Source: an uncultured Gemmatimonadales bacterium (GTDB lineage Bacteria; Gemmatimonadota; Gemmatimonadetes; Gemmatimonadales; GWC2-71-9). Taken from it: a stretch of DNA of 64,000 nucleotides. Below, piece by piece: positions 50,957-59,383 of the stretch. The position numbers were made by a program, and so were the translations under genes. The notes beneath the pieces are model-generated. The model did no database searches and was not told the DNA's origin. It saw nothing but the letters and a program-made list of their open reading frames with translations. Location: NCBI GenBank assembly GCA_963793205.1, contig CAWBZM010000003.1, positions 218,193 to 282,192 on the forward strand, in the 5' to 3' direction. Position 1 is the stretch's first letter; the number at the start of each line of letters is the position of its first letter.

Positions 50957-53329
50957 TCAGGCCGTTCGTAGCTTTGCGTCAAGGTTCCGCTCCAGCGTCG
51001 TGAGGATGCGCTTCAGTGAGGCATCCACTTCCTCGTCCCGCACCGTCCGGTCCGGTGCCCGGAAGGTCAGCCGGAACTGCACCGCCCGGTGGTCCGGGCC
51101 CAGCTGCGGCGACCGGAATTCGCTCTGGACCGTGACGGACTCCAGCAGCGCGCCACCGGCCACACTCACCGCCGACTCCACTGCGGCCGCGGACACCCCC
51201 GGCCCCAGCACCAGGTTCAGGTCCCGCCAGGCGGCCGGAGTCACCGGCAGCGGCCGGTACCGGACCGGCGCGGCGGCCTCCCGGGCAAGCTCCAGCTCGA
51301 ATCCGAATATCGGGGCGGCCCAAGCCGGCGGTGAGACCTGGAGGCGGCGGGCGTGGCCTACCGTCCTGCCGTCAGGTGTGCGCGCAACCCAGCCTTGAGT
51401 ATCAACTTGCACCTGCGCCCCCGGATATGCCAGACCCGCAGCGGCCTGAAAAATGGCGGCGATGTCCCACAGTGCGAAGTCGCCCGGCGGGTCCCCGGCC
51501 CAGTGGCTGGGGCCGCGTGCGCCCGAGATGATGCCGGCCACCCACAGCGTCTCTTCCGGGCGCAATTCGGTGGGTGACATCAGGAAGCCGGTCCCGATTT
51601 CGAACAGGCGGATATCGCGGACCTGGTGCGACCAGTTGGTCTCCGCCGCACGGACCAGCAGGGGCAGCAACGTCTGCCGGAGATAGGCATCCTCGGCGGA
51701 CAGCGGATTGAGCAGCCGTACGGCCCGGTCGCCCTCCGCCGGCCCAAACGGCAGCGAGACGGTCTCCAGCAACCCCTGCCCTGACAATTGCTCCCGCAGC
51801 CGCTGCATGGTGCGGTCGAGCGGCTCCACTTCCAGGCGGCCCACCCGATAGGGATGCAGATCGGTCGGGAAGTTGTCGTACCCGTGCAGCCGGGCGATCT
51901 CCTCAATGAGATCGATTTCCTGCAGCAGGTCGGGACGCCAGCCAGGGACATCCACGGCCAGCCGGTCGTCGTCCGGCTTGTTGAGCACCGTGGCCCCGAT
52001 GGCCACCAGATATTTCTCGAGCGTGGCGAGTTCCAGGCGGGCCCCCAGGATCTGCTCGACTCGGCGGATCCGCAGGAAAATGCGGGTGGGATTGGACGGG
52101 CGCGGGAACAGATCCACCGCATCTTCGACGGTGCCACCAGCGGTGGCGAGGATCAGCTCGACGCAGCGGCGCTGCGCTTCGGGCAGTCCCCAGAGATCGA
52201 CACCGCGCTCGAAGCGATAGCTGGCATCGGTCGAATGATTGAGGGTCCGGCGGGTCCGCCGCAGGCGCTTCGGCTCAAACCAGGCGGCTTCCAGGACCAA
52301 GTCGGTGGTCGCGGCATCGACCTCGGTCGCCTGACCACCCATGACGCCGCCGATCCCGATAGGACCAGCCGCGTCGGCGATGGCCACCATCTCCACCGTG
52401 AGGCTCCGTTCGACACCATCCAGCGTAACCACCTTCTCACCCTCTCTGGCCCGCCGGGCCACGATCTCTGGCCCGCGAATCTTGGCCAGGTCGTAGGCAT
52501 GCATCGGCTGGTTGAGTTCGAGAAGGACGTAGTTGGTGGCGTCCACGACATTGTTGATGCTTCGACTCCCCACCGCCGCCAGCCGGTCCCGCAGCCAGGC
52601 AGGAGAAGGGCCCACCTTCACCCCGCGAATGACCACCGCGGTAAACCGCGCACAGCCCTCGGGATCTTCGATACCGACGCCGAGTGCGCCAATCGTCGCC
52701 CGCTCAGCGTCAACCCGGCGGAGTGTGCCGAGCCCTTCCGCCGGTGCCCCGGGGATCTCGGGCAGCCGGAAGGGCACGCCGTAGCTGAACGCCAGTTCGC
52801 GGGCCGCGCCCTTGTGACCGAGGAGATCGGGGCGATTCGGCGTGACATCAACCAGCAGGCGATCGTCGTCGACCGGGAGCACCTGGAGCAGCGGGGTACC
52901 GGGCGGGAGTTCCGTGTCCAGTTCCAGGATGCCGTCATGCTCCTGACCGAGCCCGAGTTCGCGGGCCGAGCAGAGCATCCCTTCCGAGACTTCCCCACGG
53001 ATCTTCCGGCGATCGAGGGTGATCCCGCCCGGGATCGTGACTCCAACCCGCGCGAAGGGGTACTTCTTCCCCTCGGTGACGTTCGGGGCGCCGCAGACCA
53101 CGTGGAGTGGCTCGGCGCTGCCGTCGTTGACCAGGCAGACCCGCAGCCGATCGGCGTTAGGGTGGGGCTTGGCCGAGAGCACCTGGCCTACCACGATGGC
53201 GGCGAGGCCGCCGTTGATCGGCTCGATGCCATCGACCCCCGCACCGAGCATCACCAGGCGCCTGGCCACATCGCCCGCAGTGAGGGGGCGGCGCAGAAAC
53301 GCTTCCAGCCAGCGGCGTGACAGATTCAT
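50957..53329 (-). CDS. pheT: phenylalanine--tRNA ligase beta subunit
   Basis: 790 aa with tRNA-binding, B3/4, B5 and FDX-ACB domains. ATGA overlap with pheS. Confidence 0.93.
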   Translation of the reverse strand: MNLSRRWLEAFLRRPLTAGDVARRLVMLGAGVDGIEPINGGLAAIVVGQVLSAKPHPNADRLRVCLVNDGSAEPLHVVCGAPNVTEGKKYPFARVGVTIPGGITLDRRKIRGEVSEGMLCSARELGLGQEHDGILELDTELPPGTPLLQVLPVDDDRLLVDVTPNRPDLLGHKGAARELAFSYGVPFRLPEIPGAPAEGLGTLRRVDAERATIGALGVGIEDPEGCARFTAVVIRGVKVGPSPAWLRDRLAAVGSRSINNVVDATNYVLLELNQPMHAYDLAKIRGPEIVARRAREGEKVVTLDGVERSLTVEMVAIADAAGPIGIGGVMGGQATEVDAATTDLVLEAAWFEPKRLRRTRRTLNHSTDASYRFERGVDLWGLPEAQRRCVELILATAGGTVEDAVDLFPRPSNPTRIFLRIRRVEQILGARLELATLEKYLVAIGATVLNKPDDDRLAVDVPGWRPDLLQEIDLIEEIARLHGYDNFPTDLHPYRVGRLEVEPLDRTMQRLREQLSGQGLLETVSLPFGPAEGDRAVRLLNPLSAEDAYLRQTLLPLLVRAAETNWSHQVRDIRLFEIGTGFLMSPTELRPEETLWVAGIISGARGPSHWAGDPPGDFALWDIAAIFQAAAGLAYPGAQVQVDTQGWVARTPDGRTVGHARRLQVSPPAWAAPIFGFELELAREAAAPVRYRPLPVTPAAWRDLNLVLGPGVSAAAVESAVSVAGGALLESVTVQSEFRSPQLGPDHRAVQFRLTFRAPDRTVRDEEVDASLKRILTTLERNLDAKLRTA

Positions 53330-54480
53330 GGGCGGGCGACCTGTCCGGTCGAGAACTGGGAAAGGAATCGCATGTCGCCCTCGTAGAGCAGGCGAATGTC
53401 AGGAATGCCGTAGCGGTTCAGGGCGATCCGACCCGGCCCCATTCCGAACGCGAAGCCGCTGTAGCGCTCGGGATCGAGGTTGGCACTCGCCAGGACCCGG
53501 GGATGCACCATGCCAGCCCCGAGAATTTCCATCCAGCCGGTGCCCTTGCAGGCAGCGCACCCGCTGCCGCCACACACCCCGCACGTCACGTCCATCTCGG
53601 CCGAGGGCTCGGTGAACGGAAAGAACGAGGGCCGGAACCGGACGGCGGTGGCGGAGCCAAAGAACTGGCGCGCAAAATGGCCGAGCGTGGCCTTGAGATC
53701 CACGAAGGTGATCCCTTCGTCCACCACCAGTCCTTCGATCTGCGCGAAGGCGGGGGCGTGCGATGCGTCGAAGGTGTCCTTGCGGTAGACCACGCCAGGC
53801 ATGAGGGCCCGGATGGGCGGCTCTTCCTTGAGCATGAGGCGAATCTGCACCGGCGACGTGTGCGTCCGCAGCAGCAGGCGACCCTCGTTCCGCTGGCGGC
53901 GGTCCACCAGCACCCGGCGCTCCAGGTTGGCGGCCGACACCGGTTGACCCGCGCGTCGGTCCACCCCGGTCCGGCGATCGGGGATGTCGAGGTACAGGGT
54001 ATCGTGCATATCCATCGCCGGATGATCCGGCGGGAAATTCAGCGACCCGAAGTTGTACCACTCTGACTCCACCTCCGGCCCGGTGGCGCGGGCGAAGCCG
54101 AGGCCACGGAAGATGTCGGCGATCTCCTCGACCACCTGAGTGACGGGATGCAGCCCCCCGGTCCAGCGGGGGCGGGCCGGCATCGTCAGGTCGATGGCGG
54201 CGGCGGCGCGCTGCTCGGCGACCGCCGCCAGCTCCGTGCGGCGCGCGGCGACCGCGGCCTCCAGCTCCTGCTTGAGCCGGTTCGCCGCGCCCCCAATGGC
54301 GCGCTTCTCCTCGGCCGGCAGGGCCGGCAGCTGCTTGAGCAACTCGGTGAGGGCCCCCTGCTTGCGGCCGAGCAGCCGAATCTCAGCGGCTTCCAGCCCG
54401 GCGGCATCCAGGGCAGCGAGCGCACCGGCTTCGGCCCGGAGGGCCTCGAGCTGGGCGTGCAGATCGGCAGCGGTGGTCAT
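53326..54480 (-). CDS. pheS: phenylalanine--tRNA ligase alpha subunit
   Basis: Class II core motifs (FPPDHPAMDMHDT, FRPSFFPFTEPS, GFAFGMG). ATG at 54480. Confidence 0.92.
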   Translation of the reverse strand: MTTAADLHAQLEALRAEAGALAALDAAGLEAAEIRLLGRKQGALTELLKQLPALPAEEKRAIGGAANRLKQELEAAVAARRTELAAVAEQRAAAAIDLTMPARPRWTGGLHPVTQVVEEIADIFRGLGFARATGPEVESEWYNFGSLNFPPDHPAMDMHDTLYLDIPDRRTGVDRRAGQPVSAANLERRVLVDRRQRNEGRLLLRTHTSPVQIRLMLKEEPPIRALMPGVVYRKDTFDASHAPAFAQIEGLVVDEGITFVDLKATLGHFARQFFGSATAVRFRPSFFPFTEPSAEMDVTCGVCGGSGCAACKGTGWMEILGAGMVHPRVLASANLDPERYSGFAFGMGPGRIALNRYGIPDIRLLYEGDMRFLSQFSTGQVARP

Positions 54481-54674
54481 AGTGACAGGGAGACGGGCGG
54501 GCCGGCGGTCAGGTGCCTCGCCGGATGCGCCACCTTGAGATGTGACATTCAGGACCTCGACAGGTGCAACGAGTGATCGCCCCTCCAAGCGCCTCCCGGC
54601 AACAACGCGGGGTCGAGGGCGGCACTCCCGTGCGCTCCCGACCCCTGCTGACCCGCGCGCGGGAGCTGGCCGAA

Positions 54675-55028
54675 CTAGATCGCGGCCCGGGCCACTTCGG
54701 CGATCTTGGCAAAGGCATCCATATCCTTCACCGCGAGATCCGCCAGCACCTTCCGGTCGATCTCGACGCCGGCCTTCTTGAGGGCGGCGATAAAGACGCT
54801 ATAGCTGAACCCGTGCATGCGGCACGCCGCGTTGATGCGGGTGATCCAGAGCGCGCGGAACTCGCCCTTCTTCTTGCGACGATCGCGATAGGCGTACTGC
54901 ATCGCCCGCTCGACGGTTTCCTTGGCTGGCCGGTACAGCTTGCTCCGGGCGCCCCGGGCGCCCTTGGCCGCCCGCATGATCTTCTTCTTGCGCGCGTGGT
55001 GCGCGACGTTGCTCTTGACGCGTGGCAT
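54675..55028 (-). CDS. rplT: 50S ribosomal protein L20
   Basis: [17 protein letters not shown]... Confidence 0.93.
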   Translation of the reverse strand: MPRVKSNVAHHARKKKIMRAAKGARGARSKLYRPAKETVERAMQYAYRDRRKKKGEFRALWITRINAACRMHGFSYSVFIAALKKAGVEIDRKVLADLAVKDMDAFAKIAEVARAAI

Positions 55029-55037
55029 GGTATCCCT

Positions 55038-55235
55038 CTAGGCCAAAAGGAGACGGTTGACACGCGGGAAATCGGCGGATGAGACCAGAGCGGGCTTCTT
55101 GAGCCGGTTCTTCCGCTTGCGGGTCTTCTTGGTCAGGATGTGGCTGTGATTGGCGCTCCACCGCTTCAGCTTCCCGGTGCCGGTCCGCTTGAAGCGCTTC
55201 ATGGCCGCCCGCTTGGTCTTCTGCTTTGGCATCAT
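55038..55235 (-). CDS. rpmI: 50S ribosomal protein L35
   Basis: [24 protein letters not shown]. Tandem ATGs at 55235 and 55232. Confidence 0.9.
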   Translation of the reverse strand: MMPKQKTKRAAMKRFKRTGTGKLKRWSANHSHILTKKTRKRKNRLKKPALVSSADFPRVNRLLLA

Positions 55236-55294
55236 GCTCTCCGTGTTGGAGCGACTCGACCGCGCCGCCCTCCGTGTCGTGCCAGTCACCCACC

Positions 55295-55331
55295 GGGCGA
55301 CCCGCTGGGTCGCCCTTACCTCAGGCTGAGG
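55295..55331 (-). promoter_or_regulatory. two adjacent stem-loops in the infC-rpmI spacer
   Basis: GGGCGACCC-GCT-GGGTCGCCC at 55295-55315, and CCTCAG-G-CTGAGG at 55319-55331. Confidence 0.35.
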
Positions 55332-55344
55332 TGTGCTACCCCAG

Positions 55345-55866
55345 CTACTTGGGCCCCATCACCATCACCATGTTGCGGCCTTCGAGCTTGGCTTCCTGCT
55401 CGATCTTGCCGATATCCGCGAGTCCGGTCGCGAAGCGGTCCAGGACCGCCTTGCCCAACTCGATGTGGGCGATCTGCCGCCCACGGAACATCATCGTCAC
55501 CTTGATCTTGTTGCCTTCCGACAGGAACTCGCGACCGTGCCGGGCCTTGAACTCGAAGTCGTGCTCTTCGATGCCGGGTCGGACCTTGATCTCCTTCAGG
55601 TGGATCACGTGCTGCTTCTTCTTCGCCGCCCGTGCCGCCTTCGCCTCCTCGAACTTGAACTTGCCGTAGTCCATGATCTTGACCACGGGCGGACGCGCCA
55701 TCGGCGCCACTTCCACCAGGTCAAGTCCGCGCTCGACCGCGGCCGCCAGCGCCTCGTCGACCGCAAGCACGCCCAACTGCTCGCCTCCTGGACCAATCAC
55801 CCGTACCGGGCTGATTCGGATCTGCCGATTGATGCGGACCCGACGTTCACGCTCGTTGGTGGACAG
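55345..55866 (-). CDS. infC: translation initiation factor IF-3 (start codon uncertain, apparently non-canonical)
   Basis: [15 protein letters not shown]...[12 protein letters not shown], typical IF3. No in-frame ATG or GTG upstream of the conserved N-terminus. Candidates are CTG at 55866 (GGGAGAG 6 nt upstream), TTG at 55884, or ATC. Confidence 0.85.
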   Translation of the reverse strand: MSTNERERRVRINRQIRISPVRVIGPGGEQLGVLAVDEALAAAVERGLDLVEVAPMARPPVVKIMDYGKFKFEEAKAARAAKKKQHVIHLKEIKVRPGIEEHDFEFKARHGREFLSEGNKIKVTMMFRGRQIAHIELGKAVLDRFATGLADIGKIEQEAKLEGRNMVMVMGPK

Positions 55867-55882
55867 TGCGACTCTCCCGCGC

Positions 55883-55920
55883 AAAAGAAAACCGGACACC
55901 CTGATTCCCCTGGGGTGTCC
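55883..55920 (-). terminator. intrinsic terminator/attenuator immediately upstream of infC
   Basis: Minus strand reads GGACACCC-CAGGGGAATCA-GGGTGTCC followed by GGTTTTCTTTT. This is the only canonical hairpin-plus-U-tract I found in the window. Confidence 0.7.
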
Positions 55921-56049
55921 GGCAACAGAGGTGCGACGCTGCGGCGCCACACCAGACCAACTCTCTGTCTGCAGGACCCGGTGGCACCGGCGGAGACTGC
56001 CCGGGCGCTGGGGTGGGGGCCATCGGCCCCACTTCATTGAACGGGGGCA

Positions 56050-56078
56050 AAGCTAGCCACAGGCAGGGGTTTAGACAA
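56050..56078 (-). promoter_or_regulatory. putative sigma70-type promoter of the infC-rpmI-rplT leader
   Basis: Minus-strand TTGTCT (56078-56073), 17 nt spacer, TAGCTT (56055-56050). Confidence 0.4.
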
Positions 56079-56087
56079 GCCTGAGGT

Positions 56088-56324
56088 GGGGAACGGGGAA
56101 CGGGGGAGCCGCCCGGAGGTCAGGGGATTGCTTCGTCGGCCGCAAGCGGCCTCCTCGCAATGACAGCAGAACCGCCAGCCCGTTCCCTTTTCCCCGTTCC
56201 CCGTTCCCCGTTCCCCGTTCCCCGTTCCCTCTTCCCCGTTCCCCGTTCCCTTTTTCCCGTTCCCCGTTCCCTCTTCCCCGTCCCGTTCCCTTCCCGTTCC
56301 CCGTTCCCCGTTCCCTCTTCCCCG
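56088..56324. repeat. hairpin microsatellite element D (GGGGAAC-type, strongly asymmetric arms, conserved core)
   Basis: About 3 GGGGAAC units at 56088-56106. A 72 nt structured loop contains CCGGAGGTCAGGGGATTGC. About 21 CCCGTTC-type units at 56179-56324 run directly into the MBL hydrolase stop codon. Confidence 0.88.
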
Positions 56325-57235
56325 TTACCCGGCCTTGGCCACCACCTCGGCCAGCCCGATCCCCTTCCCCTCCGCCACCACCCGCCCCATCGCGACCTCG
56401 GGGTCATGCTCGAAAATGAACCGCCAGCCCCCGCGAACCGCCTCGGCCAGCAGTGTCCGCTTCGTTTCCAGGGTCCGGAGCGGCTCCAGGTCGTAGCCCA
56501 TGATGTAGGGCAGCGGCAGGTGGGCCGAGGTTGGGATGATGTCGCCCAGAAACACCGCGGTCTCGCCGCCACTGCGGACGACGATGCTCTGGTGCCAGGG
56601 CACGTGCCCCGGGGTCATCATCGCCGAGATGCCCGGCAGAATTTCGCCCGGCCCATCAAGCAGCTTCCACTTCCCGGCGGCCGCGATCGGCTCGAAGTTG
56701 GGCGGCAGATAGCTGGCCCGGGTCCGCTCATTGGTATGGCGGGCGAACTCGAGCTCGTTCTGCTGCACGACGTAGGTGGCGTTGGCAAACGCCGGCGAGG
56801 GTCCAGGGTCGAGTCAGCGGCTGCGCGTCGGCTCGGCGGCTCGGCGGCCACCGTGTTCCCCCCGGCATGATCAAAGTGCAGGTGGGTGTTGATCACCTAT
56901 CGGACGTCATCGGGCTGATGCCCCGCCTCCCGAATGGCGTCCTCCAGCTGGGTCGGCCCGGGAGCGCCGCCATTCCTGACGCCGTAGATCTGGAGGAACT
57001 TCTCGTCCTCCTTGTTGCCCAGACCGGTATCGACCAGGACCAGCCCATCCGGATGCTCGATCAGCAGGCAGCGCATCGCGAGCGGAATGCGGTTCTTCTC
57101 ATCCGGCGCCATCCGCCTGGACCAGAGCGGCTTGGGGACGACGCCGAACATGGCGCCGCCATCGAGCCGCTGAGCGCCTCCTTCCAGGAGGTGGCAGCGG
57201 AGTGCGCCGAGCTGAAAGGTCCGAATCAGAGCCAT
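56325..57235 (-). pseudogene. MBL-fold metallo-hydrolase, in-frame TAG plus frameshift as sequenced
   Basis: N-terminal 112 aa ORF ends DDVR-TAG and continues in the same frame as VINTHLHFDHAGGNT. A frameshift between about 56770 and 56850 leads to the C-terminal ORF (FANATYVVQQNELEF...TPGHVPWHQ). Confidence 0.8.
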
Positions 57236-57280
57236 GAGGCAGGAAGGGAGAGGGAGAAGGAAGGGCGAGGCCGACGGAGA

Positions 57281-58123
57281 TCACCCCGGGCCGACGACCC
57301 GCTTGGAACGTTTCTTCATCCGCGGCCGAGGGCGGCACATCGCCTCGAGGTCCGCCAGCGTGCGGGCGCCCCGCTCCCGGGCCAGGAGGATGAGCCGCTC
57401 CAGCAGTTCGGCGGTGGCCATCGCATCACCGGCGGCGCGGTGACGAGCCGGGTTCTCCAGCCCGAAGTGGTAGCTCAGGCTGTCGAGGCTCGCGGACTCG
57501 AGCTGCGGCAGCAGCCGGCGCGCCAGGCGGACGGTGCAGATGTGCGAGCCGGCGAGCGCCAGACCGCGGGCCCGACGCACCTCGGCGGTCAGAAGCCCCA
57601 GTCGAAGCGGGCGTTGTGCGCCACGAAGATCCGGCCGGCGAGTGCGGCCAGCAGCTGGTCGGCGACCGCCTCGAAGATGGGCGCGCGCCGCACCATGGCG
57701 TCGGTGATCCCGGTCAGATGGGCGATCCGATGGCGGGATGCGGACGCCCGGGATTCACCAGCGAGTCGAACACCAGCTCCCGCGGGCACCGTGCAGCACC
57801 ACCACGGCCACCTCGGTGACCCGGTCGGGGCCGGTGGCCCGCATCCCCGTGGTCTCCACGTCCACCACCGCGAAGGCGCAGTCCTCCAGCAGCGGCGAGC
57901 CCTGTGCCTCCGCGACCAGCGCCCAGCGACCGTCCTCCAGCTGCCGCACGCGCGGGTCGGCGCCGAGCAGGGCGACGGCGAGCCGCTCCGACACTGCCCG
58001 CGGGGCGCTGGCGCAGACCCAGGACCTCGCGGGCCAGCCGGTCGGCGTCGCACGGCCGCCGCCCATGCAGCGTCCAGGCGCGGTCGGCCAGCGTGCGTCG
58101 GGATAGGCTGTCAGCCCGGTCAC
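57281..58123 (-). pseudogene. DnaQ/PolIII-epsilon-type 3'-5' exonuclease, multiple frameshifts as sequenced
   Basis: Exo motifs are spread over three frames: FAVVDVETTG, ELVFDSLVNPGRP, FVAHNARFDWGF, HRAAGDAMATAEL. The GTG at 58123 overlaps the arcA stop. Confidence 0.7.
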
Positions 58124-59348
58124 AGGGCCTCTCGCCGGAGCGGCAGCGACATGCAGCGGGGGCCGCCGCCGCCCCGCACCAGCTCGTCCCCTCGATGGTG
58201 ATCACGGTGCGGTGCTTGGTATCGGCCAGTCATCGAACGCCGACGAAATCGACGCTGGACACCACCCGGAACCCGGCGGCCTTCAGAGCTTCGAGGGTCG
58301 CCTCGTTGCGCCGATAGCTCAGGATCATGCCCGGCGCGAGCGCCAGGAAATTGCAGGCGGAGGTCCACTGCTCCCGCTCCTGCGTGGTCCGGTGCGCGCC
58401 GCCCACGAAGACGGCTCCAGCGGCAGACCCGACGTCCTGCAGCGCGGCGAAGAAGTTCGGCATCTCCCGCACCCCTTCGCCGCCCTTTCCGCCGGTGCAG
58501 CACGGCCAGCCGCTCCGGCCCGATGAAGTAGGGCGGATAGACCACGCAGAGCTCCCGGTCCACCTGGGTGAAGAGCATGTCCAGGTGGATGGCGGTCGGC
58601 TCCTTGGGCATCACGACGATGATCACATCGGTCACTTGCCGCCGCTCGAACAGCACCTCGCACAGCTGGTCGAGCGCGGCGGGCGAGGACCGCTCGCTGA
58701 AGCCCACGAGCAGCAGGTCGTCCCGCAGAAGATGGACGTCGCCGCCCTCCAGGGTGTAGTTGCTCCGCCGCTCCTCCGACCCGTCGTACAGGAGCCCGGC
58801 GTTGGCCAGCTCCGGGATGGAAGCGGAACAGCGTCTTGATCAGCAGTTCTTCGGTCCAGCGCACCCCGTGGCGCATCGAGCCGACCACCGCGTGCTCGCC
58901 GATCACCACGCCGATGTCCCGGGGAAGAAGAGATTGGGCAGCGGCGGAAGGATGTAGCCCGACCTCGTTGAGCGCCTGCGCGATCGGCCCGGCCTCCTCC
59001 TCCGCCCCCTCGATGATGCACCCGGCTGAGTGCCGCCGGTCAGGTCGTTCAGCGCCGGCCGAGAGCGTCGGAGGGGACCACGTCCATGGTCTTGGGGATG
59101 AAGAATTCCCGCGCCTCGGGCTGCTCCAGGACCTCGGCCAGCAGGTCGCCGACCTGAGTGCACCCGCGCGAAGCGCTCCAGCACCGCGACGAACGGCGGT
59201 GCTCCCGCTGGGCGATCTCCAGCTCGATGATGTCGTCGTAGAGGTAGTCGTCCCGGTTCCCCGGCGTGACCGCCTGCAGCTCGGGGCCGGGCGTGTGGAC
59301 CAGGACGGACTGGAGCGCGCCGATTTCGGAGGTGATGTGGACGGGCAT
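58120..59348 (-). pseudogene. arcA: arginine deiminase, multiple frameshifts as sequenced
   Basis: ADI-like segments are found in all three frames, from the N-terminal MPVHITSEIGALQSVLVHTPG to the C-terminal GGGGPRCMSLPLRREAL. Confidence 0.75.
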
Positions 59349-59383
59349 GCGGGAAAGTAGGGGGACGGAAGCGGGAGGTGGCC

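Noticed and set aside
54481-54674. Possible T-box or attenuator leader upstream of pheS in the 194 nt rplT-pheS spacer.
   Set aside because: The best candidate (minus strand CAAGGTGGCGCATCCGGCG) only loosely resembles the T-box consensus AGGGTGGTACCGCG, and I could not identify a specifier or terminator arrangement. A hairpin GGGGTCG...CGACCCC is present but uninformative.
56160-56870. ORFs translating the repeat arrays as periodic peptides: PRSLFPVPRS at 56160-56870, GTWVRGYV at 28311-28670, ICVICAICV at 59390-59572, GNGERGTG at 47484-47975.
   Set aside because: Units of 7 and 8 nt are not multiples of three, so the periodic peptide only reflects reading a DNA microsatellite. These ORFs also run into the antisense of real genes.
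56894-56899. In-frame TAG in the MBL hydrolase as possible stop-codon recoding.
   Set aside because: It lies in a region full of indels. Homologues typically have a Tyr-like residue before VINTHLHFDH, one substitution away (TAC/TAT to TAG). There is no pyl gene context in the window.
57236-57280. Polypurine tract GGAAGGGAGAGGGAGAAGGAAGGG between the exonuclease and the MBL hydrolase, as an H-DNA or array remnant.
   Set aside because: It is short, not mirror-perfect, and has no inverted partner. It may be a degenerate relative of the C-rich arms but cannot be supported.
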